This document shows positions 44,613 through 62,349 of a stretch of 64,000 bases of DNA, piece after piece. Within the stretch, counting starts at the first letter, position 1; each line of letters begins with the position of its first letter. The notes below the pieces were generated by a model. It ran no database searches and had not been told where the DNA came from. It saw only the letters and a program-made list of their open reading frames with translations. This DNA is from the human T2T-CHM13v2.0 reference genome, Homo sapiens, in the NCBI RefSeq assembly GCF_009914755.1, contig NC_060931.1; one strand, written 5' to 3'. Position numbers and translations under genes: made by a program.

Positions 44613-45664
44613 AAACCTGAAGGAAAAAAAGAAAGAACTTATTTGTATACAGATAACCTCCAATGTGATTACATGCTTTTAGTTGTAGTAAAAGTACACA
44701 CTTACTTGTAAAATATTCAAATTCACTAGGATGACATAAAGTTATGGCTTACAAATTAAAAGTGAAATGTGCAAAGTTGTCTAAGCTACAGAAACTTAAA
44801 AAAAAAAGGCAAAGATATAAGGTCAAATGAAAATGTACTTTATTAAAATATTAGTGTTCTTACAGATTAAATCTGAAGCACAGCAATATTCAGTTCTCAG
44901 GACAGTTCTCAGGATAGAATGTAAAAGAATGCCAACTCCTATCAGTCCAATAGAAGTGGAAAATCAGAGCTGATATTCAAAATTTTTCCTGCATAGAACC
45001 TTAGATGTTTTCAGAAAGAAAAAAATCAATAAGGAAGTGCTTCAGTGATCACTCTAACTGCAAATTTTACCCATCTCCAGCCTAATTCATTAATTTTAAT
45101 ATCAAGCAGAGCCACCACCAGTGCTTATAGTACCTTTGTGCATACTAGAAAAAAAAAGGCAGATGTTGGCCTGCAGGCTTTTGGCTTAGCCCAATTCTAC
45201 CTAATAGCCTTGACTAAAAAGGCAGTTTTCAAGTGTGTGTGTGGAAGGTAGGGTGTTAAAAGAGGAAAGGAGAGGAAGGCCATCTTCACAACGAATAAAG
45301 TAGGAGAAGGAAAAAATCCGTTTTACCTAAAGAGGGGTAGTTGATTAATTTAAAGTGAAATCAAGTAGAACAAAGTGCCTGATGGCATAATCACAAAGAA
45401 TATCCAGTCTAGAATGTCTGTGCGGTTTTGTAAGTTTCATTAATAAGTATTTATTAAATATAAAGGAATTCCCTATTCTATCTTGTCATTCGAAAAATAA
45501 AACCAAGAAAAAAAAACTTCTATTTTTTAAACTTAAAATATTCAATTAAAATAATTTAGTCAGACCAAGTAGTTTATCTGCAGATTTACAGAAATACTTT
45601 CAATCCCATCACTTTAGCTCATTAAATCTGCAATGTAATTAGAGAATAAAAGCTGCATACTTAC

Positions 45665-45778
45665 ATAAACAGTTGATTTGAGGTCTTCAAATGCTTTCAA
45701 AAATATGCAAGGTTTACCATCTCTGCTTGTAGATGAAGAAGCTAAAAAAACAATAAATCTAGCCACTGCAATGGTGTC
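45665..45778 (-). other. POT1: POT1 5'UTR exon 4 (114 nt)
   Basis: ttttttttttctatgtag|GACACCATTG...CTGTTTAT|gtaagt; strong splice sites; matches recalled POT1 mRNA leader. Confidence 0.88.
45697..45720 (-). promoter_or_regulatory. uORF1 in POT1 5'UTR (MVNLAYF*), strong Kozak gagATGG
   Basis: ATG GTA AAC CTT GCA TAT TTT TGA read directly in exon 4; out of frame with POT1. Translation not shown. Confidence 0.6.
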
Positions 45779-48170
45779 CTACATAGAAAAAAAAAAGTTT
45801 TTGAATCAATCACCAAAATACGTATAATTTGGAATGTCATATAAATCCTTATTTATATTATTATGTTTAGAATAAAAATTACCTCTATAAAGTAGAAAAC
45901 TGGTTAACCTAAACTTGTTTAACACTTGCTGAATACATTATTTAGACTACCACTTCCTCTAAAACATCTTCAACATCTACAGCTACAATATAGCCACAGA
46001 TGACAATAACGTCCCACTTCATGGACCAGGAAAATGCTAAATCACTAAGAAAGTTTTATGTAGTGAAACTCAGATGTTCCAATAGTAATAAGGATGGAAT
46101 TTAAATGAAACTAAATCTCAAAGTTGAGAAACTACATTGAGAAAGGCATGACAGTGCAAAAACTCCACATATTACAAAACTAATATATGTGCATACAAAT
46201 ACAGGGCATGGACATAATAAGAAATTTCCATTTATATACTAATAAGAACAAAGATATTTTCTTTCTACTTAGGTTTGTAACAGTAGTAAGAAGCCATTCT
46301 CCATTTATCCCTTCCTCTCTCATTCTTTAAATTTCCTTTTCTTATTTTCCAAATACTAAAACAGAAATACTAAAAGAGTTTTGCATTGCTGCATATATAT
46401 TTTTCATTGTCTTACTCCCTTAATTTTAACAACGAAACCTTAAGATACACCAAAATGTCTGGGCTTTTGGTCATCTTCCTTCAATAATTTAAAACTCTAT
46501 CAAGTGGAAGTCTTCTGCATTACCACAGTGTGCTCTGCACATACAAGGGCCTGGTGTCAATTCTCACAATCCTCTATTCAGATTTAATAATTGGACTGAG
46601 AGCATACTGAAGATAGTGGTCATTTCTAATTCTGCTCTGTATTTACAGGACTTGGCACAAAGCAGGCCCTCCCAAAACAAACTGTCTATGAATCAAACGA
46701 AAGACCTTATTTTGCCTTTTCTAAAAATCTCTTGCCCTAACCAGGTATTGTAGCTCTGCAATTCCTGCGTTTTTTTCTTCACATGAGATTGCAAACATAA
46801 CTGAGTGTATGCTGATAATGCCAAATTACCACAACTCTTCATAGTTCAATGGGAGAAAATTTTTCTTCTTACTGAAGATTTTATATTTCTCCGAAACCTT
46901 TTATGCAGTTTAAAAAAATAAAATGAACATGTTTCTGGAATAAAAATAACAACTGAGTTACCTTTTTTCAGTTTTACAAACTGAAGTATACACTCTGTTT
47001 TCAAGTGACCTCAAACCAATACATTCTGATTAAATGAAAACTTGAGATTTTAGTCAAAGATTTAAAGTTGTTTATCAAACTAACACCGGAAGATAAACAG
47101 AAGTAGGGAAGCCAACAGTTTATCAGTTCTAAATTATCCAAGTAGAAAAAAAAACCTACCTCTTGTTATCCTCTGTTCCACTTAAAAATGTTTTCAAAAG
47201 TAAATATTATACACCAAATGCAAATGTTAGAGTACAGATGACCATTTTTTTTCTATTTTCCTGTAGATTCTAAACTTTTTTAAAAGACTGAGTATGTATG
47301 CATTTCTTTTATCATGAAGAAAAATTTTGAAAAGAATAAATGACTAAAAGCTGGACATCAGCATTCATAAGAAAAATTTTTCTGAATTTAACAGTAGCTA
47401 CACACAATTCAGTAAAAAGTTACAACCCTTCCTCTGGCATATATTCAACAGCATGGAAATAACAATCACAGTTTTTTTTAATTGAAATGCATTTATTATA
47501 TTCATAAACATGGATTTATATTTGAATATACATATAAAAACTGCATTGAAGGCCCTTCAGTGATCTCATCCCAAGCAACTCTGCCTGTTTTATTTCCACA
47601 TACTTCCCATTCAATATTAGACAAATTGGATCCTCTCATAAGTATAGTGCTTTTCCACATATATTCTTTATTTATTTTGAGCCACTGCTACAAATAAATA
47701 ACATGTTTCCCATCTGTACATATCTGACCTAATCTATATTTCAAAGTCTAGCCTTCTTCTTCCTGGTAGAATCTATCACAGATTCTCTCTCAGAAACAAG
47801 TAATTCTACCTTCCTCTAAACTCTCCTATACAGCGTTTTAGCATTTTTCACTTTGTATGTTATTTACAAACTTTTCTTAATGCCTTTAAAGCCCTTAAAG
47901 TCCTGTAAGTTCCTTGGACTGAAAGTAATGGAGATCATTCCAAGATGGCCGAATAGGAACAGCTCCACTCTACAGCTCCCAGTGTGAGCCACGCAGAAGA
48001 CGGGTGATTTCTGCATTTCCAACTGAGGTACTGGGGTCATCTCATTAGGACTTGTTGGACAGTGGGTGCAGCCCATGGAGTGTGAGCTGAAGCAGGGCAG
48101 GGCATCGCCTCACTGGGGAAGTGCAAGGGGTCGGGGAATTCCCTTTCCTAGCCAAGGGAAGCCATGACGG

Positions 48171-48368
48171 TCAGTACCTGGAACATCGGGACACTCCTGC
48201 CATAATACTGTGCTTTTCCAACGGTCTTAGCAAACTGCACACCAGGAGATTATATCCCATGCCTGGCTCATCAGGTCCCATGCCCACAGAGTTTTGCTCA
48301 TTGCTGGCACAGCAGTCCCAGATTGAACTGTGAGGCTGCAGCGAGTCTGGGGGAGGGGCTTCCACCAT
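48171..48368 (-). CDS. L1 ORF0 homologue, open, 65 aa
   Basis: MVEAPPPDSLQPHSSIWDCCASNEQNSVGMGPDEPGMGYNLLVCSLLRPLEKHSIMAGVSRCSRY* aligns by eye to primate L1 ORF0 (MAGAPPPASLPPCSLISDCCASN...); Kozak gcaATGG. Expression unknown. Confidence 0.6.
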   Translation of the reverse strand: MVEAPPPDSLQPHSSIWDCCASNEQNSVGMGPDEPGMGYNLLVCSLLRPLEKHSIMAGVSRCSRY

Positions 48369-48968
48369 TGCTGAGGCTTGACTAGGTAAACAAAGCGGCT
48401 GGGAAGCTTGAACTGGGTGGAGCCCACTGCAGCTCAAGGAGGCCTGCCTGCCTCTGTAGATTCCACCTCTGGGGGCAGGGCATAGCTGAAGAAGAGGCAG
48501 CAGAAACTTCTGCAGACTTAAACGTCCCCATCTGACAGCTTTGAAGAGAGCAGTGGTTCTCCCAGCATGGAGTATGAGATCTGAAAATGGACAGATTGCC
48601 TCCTCAAGTGGGTCCCTGACCCCTGAGTAGACTAACTGGGAGACACCTTCCAGTAGGGGCCAACTGACACCTCACACAGCTGGGTGCCCCTCTGAGACGA
48701 AGGTTCCAGAGGAAGGATCAGGCAGCAACATTTGCTGTTCTGCAATATTTGCTGTTCTGCAGCCTCTGCTGGTGATACCCAGGCAAACAGGGTCTGGAGT
48801 TGACCTGCAGCAAATTCCAACAGACCTGCAGCCGAGGGTCCTGACTGTAAGAAGGAAAACTAACAAACAGAAAGGAATAGCATCAACATCAACAAAAAGG
48901 ACATCCACACCAAAAACCCATCTGTAGGTCACCATCATCAAAGACCAAAGGTAGATAAAACCACAAAG

Positions 48969-49988
48969 GTCAGGAGAAACCAGAGCAGAAAAGCTGAAAA
49001 TTCTAAAAATCAGAGCACCTCTTCTCCTCCAAAGGATCACAGCTCCTCGCCAGCAATGGAACAAAGCTGGACAGAGAATAACTTTGATGAGTTGGCAGAA
49101 GTAGGCTTCAGAAGATCAGTAATAATAAACTTTTCCAAGTTAAAGGAGGATGTTTGAACCCATCGCACATAAGCTAAAAACCTTGAAAACAGATTAGACG
49201 AATGGCTAACTAGAATAAATAGAGAAGACCTTAAATGACCTGATGAAGTGGAAAACCATGGCACAAGAACTACATGATGCATGCACAAGCTTCAGTAGTT
49301 GATTGGATCAAGTGGAAGAAAGGGTATCAGTGACTGAAGATCAAATGAATGAAATAAACTGAGAAGAGAAGTTTACAGAAAAAAGAGTAAAAAGAAATGA
49401 ACAAAGCCTCCAAGAAATATGGGACTATAAGAAAAGACCAAATCTACATTTGATTGGTGTACCTAAAAGTGATGGGGAGAATAGATCCAAATTGGAAAAC
49501 ACTCTCCAGGATATTATCCAGGAGAACTTCTCCAATCCAGCAAGGCAGGCCAACATTCAAATTCAGGAAATACAGAGAACGCCACAAAGATGCTCCTCGA
49601 GAAGAGCAACCTCAAGACACATAACTGTCAGATTCACCAAGGCTGAAATGAAGGAAAAAATGTTAAGAGCAGCCAGAGAAAAAGGTCAGGTTACCCACAA
49701 AGGGAAGCCCATCAGACTAATAGTGGATCTCTCAGGAGAAACTCTACAAGCCAGAAGAGAGTTGGGGCCAATATTCAACATTCTTAAAAAAAGAATTTTC
49801 AACCCAGAATTTCATATCCAGCCAAACTAAGCTTCTTAAGTGAAGGAGAAATAAAATCCTTTACAGACAAGCAAATGCTGAAAGATTTTGTCACCACCAG
49901 ACCTGCCTTACAAGAGCTCCCGAAGGAAGCACTAAACATGGAAAGGAACAATTGGTACCAGCCAATGCAAAAACATGCCAAATTGTAA
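48969..49988 (+). pseudogene. L1 ORF1 remnant
   Basis: Start codon lost (cacaaag-gtcaggagaaac), stops and frameshifts; fragment IGVP.SDGEN.SKLENTLQDIIQENF in the ORF track. Confidence 0.9.
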
Positions 49989-50051
49989 AGACCATTGAGG
50001 CTAGGAAGAAACTGCATCAACTAATGAGCAAAATAACCAGCTAACATCATA

Positions 50052-53838
<3,787 letters not shown>

Positions 53839-54855
53839 ACAATGAGAACACTTGGACACAGGGTGGGGAACATCACACACCGGGGCTTGTCGTAGGGTGG
53901 GGGGAGGGGAGAGGGATAGCATTAGGAGAAATACCTAATGTAAATGACAAGTTAATGGGTGCAGCACACCAACGTGGCACATGTATACATATGTAACAAA
54001 ACTGCACGGTGTGCACATGTACCCTAGAACTTAAAAGTATAATAAAAAATAAAAAATAAAATAAAATAATGTCTTATTCATGTGTATATTTCATATAAAT
54101 GGCTGCCAGAGGCTTCTGTTCATAGTGTTCAACAAATATCTGGTAAATTAATGAATTAACACTGGCAAAAACTGAAGTACAGAACTAAACAAAGAGAAAA
54201 AATAAATGGCTCTTAGGATCCAGTTTCCATGAATTTATGAATCATAATGGCTTTTAAAACATTCAAGTACACAGAGGATAAGAAAAATATATAACAGATA
54301 ATAGTAGTTTGTATAAACACTCATTAGATCGAATTGAAAATGAGATTTTATATGGGGTGTTCTAAGCTTCTGAGAAGAGCATACTGAAGCCATTCAAACA
54401 AGAATTGGAATTACCTAGATCTGTGCCAAGAGTATATTCTGACATACCACAGATGTTTAACTCAATTGGGTGAAAAAAGTTAGGAGACCAGCCTGGAGAA
54501 AAAAATACTATGCTACAAAAAGTGAGAAGGCTTTATCAATGCATATACGAGTTATAAAACTAAAAACACATTTGGAATCACTGAAATCTTTAAACTAATT
54601 TAAGATACTTCAATATTAGCAAATGGGTCATTTCCCTTTTGTGTCTGTACTACCTGTCATCCCTGTCACATTGCCTTACAAAGAGTGAGCTCCCTTGTCA
54701 TTAAACAATTCCCTGTTTAGTATAGCCAAATAGAATATTTACTGCAAACCAGTCTCAGAGAAGAAAAATGAAGTCAGTAAAGGTCTTCTTAACAACAAGA
54801 AGTGTTCTTCAAAAAATCAACAATTAACTTAACTGCTTCACCCCCCACAAAATTA

Positions 54856-55245
54856 AGGCCACATACTGTATGATTCTACCTAAAAGACTGGAGGTTGCCA
54901 GAAGTTAGGGAAAGGGAAGGATGAATAGGCAGAGCACAGACGATTTTTAGGGCAGTGGAAAATACTCTATAAGGTACTATAATGATAGATATATGTCAAA
55001 ATACATTTTTCAAAACTCATAGAATGTACAACACTGAGAGTAAACCCTAATGTAAACCATGGACTCTGAGTGATAATGATGTCATTGCAGGTTCACCAAC
55101 TGTAATACCACTCTGGTGAGGGAACACTGATAGCAGAAGAGGCTATGCATAACTGCAGGTAGAGAATGTGAGGGAAATCTCTCTAACTTTCTCTCAATTT
55201 TGCTGTGAACCTAAAACTTCTTTTAAAAAGTATTTTTTAAAAAAC
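54856..55245 (+). mobile_element. L1MC-type 3' end
   Basis: ggatgaataggcagagcacag, agaatgtacaacactgagagtaaaccctaatgtaaac, aattttgctgtgaacctaaaact. Confidence 0.85.
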
Positions 55246-55789
55246 CAAAGCTTTAAACATGTATTTTAAAAAGTATATCAGATTATTTATTTGCATATTA
55301 ACAAATATGGTTTTTATATGTTAGTACCTCCTAATAAAGGAAACAGTCAGTGGTGAAATAAGCAAATCAACAGGCAAATAATAGCATAAACTACAAGACT
55401 CATGTATTAGTTTGCTAATTTTTAACAAATAATACCTCAGAAATTCTCAAGTCATTACACTTAGTGGGCAAGAAAAGGGCATTGAAAATATAAAATAACT
55501 GATAATCCAAAATGAAAAACACTTATTTGACTTTAACAAGCATTAAATAATTTTCCTATATTGACCTTACAAATCTTGTTAGGTTACCATATTTTAAAAC
55601 ATTTTTCAAGAGTAAGGGTACAGGCAGAAACCAAGGACCTGACGGCGTTGATAGTGCAGTGATTGACAGAAAATGTTTCTCTATAAAAATGTATTTCATG
55701 AGCATTTGCATGTACTGGGTTGAGTAATACCAAGGTCATAATTGGAAGTAATGTATGTGAATAATATTAGCATTAAAAACCAAAATTCT

Positions 55790-56195
55790 TAAATTGCCTA
55801 CAAATCACTGTATGATTTGACCCCTACCCACCTCATCAGCCACATCAGCCACATATTGTGTGACTCACTCTGGTATTCTGTCTTCTCAAAATTCATTAAA
55901 TATTCCAAGATGCTTGCTCAAGGCCTCTGTATATGCTATTCTCTCTTTGCAATCTATAACCCAAGTATCCCTGTGATCATTTTTCCATTACTCTTCTCAT
56001 TCTACTATTCAATATTCATAGTTACATATCATATCTGGATAAAATAATTATGTAATAATTGTTTAATTCTTCTCCAGGGGACACTATGCTCTATGAGGGC
56101 AAGGTCCATGACTGTCTTATTCACTGCTATATCTCCAACATCTATCATAGAATACAAAAACATTTAACAAATGTTTGGACAACTAAATAAATAAT
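55790..56195 (+). mobile_element. L2 3' region
   Basis: gctctatgagggcaaggtccatgactgtcttattcactgctatatctccaaca. Confidence 0.7.
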
Positions 56196-56289
56196 CAAAG
56201 ATATTAACATTCATACATATATAGATAGTATACCTTCACGAATCTTAAAATAAAATAAACTGTACAACTGCTACAAAACTTACTTCATA

Positions 56290-56455
56290 GACTGTTAGCA
56301 TTTTAGAACTTAAAAGGACCTTAGAGACCATGTAATCAAACATCTTCATTTTTCAGATAAGGGAGAATAAATAAATGATCTAAGGTCACATACAGTTAAT
56401 TAGCTATGAACCAAGACAAGAAGCCAAATCTCCTGACTTTCAAGACAGGCACCAC
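56290..56455 (-). mobile_element. MIR (MIR3-like)
   Basis: ggaccttagagaccat...cttcatttttcagataaggga...ctaaggtcacatacag...tctcctgact. Confidence 0.7.
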
Positions 56456-59400
56456 TCTAATTCCTCTTTCAGAACTAACTCTAACAGGGATACAGGGAGA
56501 AAAAAGGTATTAATAAGTGTCTTTATTTTTGACAGTTTTGGGGTAATTTTTTTTAACTTTCAGAATACTTTGGAAAAGTCTTTCCTCATATTTTATGTCC
56601 ACATATTAAATGTTAAAACTGACTTTAAAATATGAAAACTAAAACAAAAAATGTCTCATACAGAGGAAGGCTTAATTACAGCTTGTGTATTTCTGCAAAA
56701 TATATCACATTAGTCTACCAAAGCAAGGATTAAAATCTTGTTAAAATTCATTTTAGTGTTTTAGGATTATTGTATTCAAATACAACGCTACCCTTAAGCA
56801 AACAAGCAAATGGCAAAGAAGGGTTTAAGAATCAAATTGGAGAAAACTCATTCCTTTAAGCAAAAAGTTTTACCTTTGGGTTGGAACAATCTTCAACCTT
56901 GATACTTTAATAAATTGGTATATTAGACCCTCAAATAATCAGCATTTCTGGGTTTTAAATCCAGAAATAATTTAAAGTAAATGTGACCTCAGTCTTCACA
57001 TCATTATATTTTAAAAGCAAGAAACCTTGACTTACCATTATTAACAACCTCTGTTATCTGACAGGTACTAATTAACTAGTGTAGTTCTATTCTATTTTAA
57101 TGAATACCTATTTAAAATGTATTTCAATAGCAGAAAACACTTCACATGTCAGGTAAAACACTAATACCTAATGTAATGTACATGTTTTGTAGATGTACTA
57201 TACATGTTTTGTTAATTCATAGCATAACCCTTTTATACTGTTTCTCAAATAAACATTTAATATAAAAATCTTAAAGGATAAAGGTGAAATATATTTAAAA
57301 TATAAACAAATTGATCTCTGATATTCGATAGCATGTATTTATTTTTAAAACACATCTCTAAAATATCCAAGATATATTAGGTAAAAATAAAGCAACCTTG
57401 CAAAAAACAGATAGTTACTTGGTGAAAAATATGCACATACAGGCTTATCCATGCCCACAGACACACACAAAAGCATGTGCACATATATAGACACACATAT
57501 AAAAAACCTGGAAGGGTACTAAAAAAAGCATAGCAGTGTTTTTTACCTGAAGAATGGGACTAGGAAATGGCAAGGGATTCAGTGGGAATGAGGGAACTTT
57601 TGCTTTTCAGTTTATAGCCTGCCATACTGTCTGAATGTTTTTAAATCATGACTACACAAAAACAACAAAATCTTCTCAGACAAATATTTGCAAGATTGTC
57701 AAGTCCATAATACTACCATGAGGTAAGAAAAAAAAGGTGTGGAGATAGAGCGGTTTCTCTACTTATTCTAAGTCCTTTAACAAATGTTAGCCTTAGAGGG
57801 TTATCTTCATAATAAAAGTGCTTATCACCATCATCACAGAGGGCTAACAGTTAATACTTAAATGAAAAACATATACGAAGACACTTTGCAATCTGTAAGA
57901 TTTCATACAAATATAATATTATTAGTTAAATTTTAATTCTGAAAAAAACTGGTTAAATGTTAAAAATTGGCTATAATAAACGTTTGAAAAAGAAACAGTG
58001 GTTTTTACTATCTAATGGCTCTTTAAATATAGACCTTATTTGCTATTGAACTATGTAAAATAAACAAAGGATAGGAAAAGAAACAGAAAAATAAGTTATT
58101 TAATCTCCTTACCTCACAAGAAATTAGAATTTGCATCTCTTTACATCATACCTCAAAACATCTAAAATGTTAACTAGAAAAACCCTTTAAGTTATGAATT
58201 CCCAACAAACATAAACACACATAGGTGTGTAATACAGACAGGTATACAATCAGACACACCCTAAGAGTCATGAGAAAAAGCATAACACATTGATACACTC
58301 AAATACATTTTTAAATGTATTCATACAAATATAATGTACACACACCTCTCTCAGAGCAACTCTACCTACATTTACCCCAACACTATTTTCTGTATTATGT
58401 TAAAACAAATGTTTCAAAAATTCTTTAGTGAATGAGATTTTGTATTCATATTTGCACCTGACATTTATTTAACATTCATAAATGCAAAATTTTTATAAGC
58501 TACCAACACTGAATTCTTAATAATTTAGAAATGTCATCTCAAATATTAATAATTTTAACTAAGCTGAAATAAAGTCTTGCCTTCAAGAGGAAGAATAATA
58601 CAAATAACAGTAATGACAGCAGACCTTTACTGGGGCCACCAACTAACAAAAGCACCTTATCAAAATAGATATTTACAAAGGGATTCATTTGGAGCAATTA
58701 ATTCCTATCTGACATCGCCTCAAGCAGGCATGATTGTGTGTATGTGCACTCACGCTTTTTTCTGTTTTATTTCCTAGTGTCCTTCCCTGATGACTGTCAA
58801 GAGACTTCTTTGTAGTATATTTGTCTCTAGAATTTTTGTGCCACATCGACTAGATTAGAACTATATTTCAATCAATATTTTAAAAATTTTATCAGCAATC
58901 AATCTCAGAGAAATGGTCCGATGATTTGTTCTATGAGCTTTAGGACATGAACTGTATGGCAAATGCATTACTTCCCTAAATTCTAAAGCAAGGTTTTAAG
59001 ATATACCGCTGATTAGTAACAGCATTGCAGATGGAAAACTAACACGACACTGATTTTCCTTTTCTTTGTTCAAAGTAGAAGTGAGAAAAAAATTAACTGA
59101 TTTAACAGTTCTTCACAGCAACTTGAGCAAAAAAGATAAAATCTGAGTTTGACAATGTATCACAAAATTCTTGTAACAAGGAAATAAAAGCAGATGTTCT
59201 AACAGCTTGCTTGAAATGGATCTTTATTCCAGACCCCACAGGTTTTACAAAAATGGTACCATTTCTCAAGGGCATTGAATTATTTAAACCACCACAATTT
59301 CTGCAACTACTGTATGTCATAGCTATTCAGAATTCTCAGCTAATCCAAAACCCTTATTTTATATTTGATTAAATTTGAATCTGGCAACATTCAATGTTAC

Positions 59401-59514
59401 TCAAGGGCCAATAATTAACTGAAGAAAAGCAGAGATTAGAAGCTAAACTACTGGGCTCAGGGTTCAGATGTCTTCCCTCTACTCTCTTCTTCCTCACTGA
59501 GGCTGTATCTAATT

Positions 59515-59730
59515 ACAATAATAGTAATGACAATAATAATAGTTGCTATGTACTGAGTTCCCACTATGTGCTAGTAGTGGCTATATTCTGTCTTGAGTTC
59601 TTTCAACAATCCAGAAAAGCAGATATCATTACCTCCATCTTTAAAATTGGGGGAAAAAAAAAAAACTCAGTGGAATTAAGGGTTTTAACTCCAAGTCACA
59701 CCTGCTGGGTTTTAGATACCCTGAGCCTCT
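59515..59730 (-). mobile_element. MIR
   Basis: tactgagttcccactatgtgc...tcaacaatcc...tatcattacctccatcttt...ccaagtcacac. Confidence 0.6.
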
Positions 59731-59749
59731 CCTTGACATAAATGAAACA

Positions 59750-60130
59750 TACACTCACACTGCAGAACCTTTGTACTTGCTAAGACTGTTCTAGAATACT
59801 CTTACTTTAAATATCTGAAGGATCACTTCACATCACTTCTTTGAAGTCTCTTATCAAATGTTACTTGTCAGTCTTTTCTTCACCACCAGATAAATATATA
59901 CCTTCCCTCCCCTTCTCATGTTTACAGTTCTGCCTTACATTCTCCATAGCACTGTTTCCAACTAGAAAAGGTATATATTTACTTTTTTTGGTTTATTGTC
60001 TTTCTTCCCTAGAACGTATGCTGCATAAGGACAACTTTGTTTGGCTCATCGGTGTCTAGGAATAGGGCCTGACTCCTCATAGGTATTCAATATATTGTTT
60101 AATAAATGTGTGAATGGCTTAATGAATACA
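59750..60130 (+). mobile_element. L2 3' region
   Basis: gaacctttgtacttgc, gtttattgtctttcttccctagaacgta, taggtattcaatatattg...gaatgg. Confidence 0.7.
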
Positions 60131-60290
60131 TGCAAATTCTCCTATTTCCTTCAGGAAGCACAGATGTATTCAGAGTAATATTTCAAATACAAAAGACTAG
60201 CAAGGTATACTGCAGAGGCTCCAGTTCCAGAAAGCCAACAGAGGGCCACAGCCTCAAAAGATAAGATACTCCCCAGAATGCCAGGACCAC

Positions 60291-60655
60291 TGTATTAGTC
60301 CATTTTCAAGCTGCTAAGACATACCCGACACTGGGCAATTTACGAAAGAAAGAGGTATATTGGCCTTACAGTTCCACATAGCTGGGGAGGCCTCATAATC
60401 AAGGCGGAAGGCAAGGAAGAGCAAGTCACATCTCATGTGGATGGCAGTAGGCAAAGAGAGAGCTTGTGCAGAAAAACTCTCGTTTTTAAAATCATCTGAT
60501 CCCGTGAAACTCCTTCACTATCATGAGAACAGCCAAGGAAAGACCCGCCTCCATAATTCAATCACCTCCCACCAGGTTCCTCCCATGACACATGGGAATT
60601 GTGGGAGTTACAATTCAAGATGAGATGTGGGTGGGGACACAGCCAAACCATATCA
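60291..60655 (-). mobile_element. THE1 (MaLR) solo LTR, THE1A/B-like
   Basis: 365 bp; minus strand starts TGATATGGTTTGGCTGTGTCCCCACCC and ends ...CTAATACA; 5-bp TSD accac/acaac with one mismatch. Confidence 0.95.
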
Positions 60656-60699
60656 ACAACCATCAGTATTGTATTTCTTCTTTGAGGATACACTAAATC

Positions 60700-61865
<1,166 letters not shown>

Positions 61866-61944
61866 AAGTTTCTGCTATGTACAAGGCACTAACCACAGAA
61901 AGTACCAAAAAAAGAAAAAAGAATAAAAGCCCTTCTTCTGACAT

Positions 61945-62276
61945 ATAGTTAGCCCTGTATCTGCAAGTTTTGCATCTGCAAATTCAACCAATTCAGACTG
62001 AAAAATATTCAGAAAAAATGTTTTTTAAAAAATTATACTACAACAATAAATAATAATACAAATTTAAAAATACATAGTCTAGCTATTTAGATAGCATGGA
62101 CATTGCATTAGGCATTATAAATAATCTAGAGATGACTTAATGTCAATGGTAGGGAGAATACACATGGGTTATATGCAAATATTTTGCCATTTTATATAAG
62201 ACTTGAGCATCCACAGATTTTTATATCCATAGGGGGCTCCTGGAACTAATCTCATGCATATACAGAGAAACAATTG
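61945..62276. mobile_element. MER2 (Tigger family) MITE
   Basis: gccctgtatctgcaagttttgcatctgcaaattcaaccaa...ggttatatgcaaata...gacttgagcatccacagatttt...tcctggaactaatc. Confidence 0.8.
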
Positions 62277-62349
62277 CAACTCAATTTTCTACAAGTATCT
62301 GTTACTTAATAAATGTATTTATATTTAATTTATTCAGAAAATTAATTTA

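Larger units (their letters stand above)
44569..44616 (-). other. POT1: POT1 exon 5 (48 nt: 39 nt 5'UTR + 9 nt CDS)
   Basis: Strong pyrimidine tract ttctttctttttttccttcag|GTTTATG; donor TTG|gtaaga. Confidence 0.93.

Noticed and set aside
48171-48368. In-frame ORF0-POT1 fusion protein via exon 4, 5 or 6
   Set aside because: The GT donor at 48178 is phase 2 while these acceptors are phase 0 in the POT1 frame. Only the weak GC donor (phase 1) spliced directly to exon 7 would be in frame, which is too speculative.
57036-57107. Possible 72-nt cryptic exon with a strong ATG|gtaagt donor
   Set aside because: The acceptor lacks a convincing pyrimidine tract.
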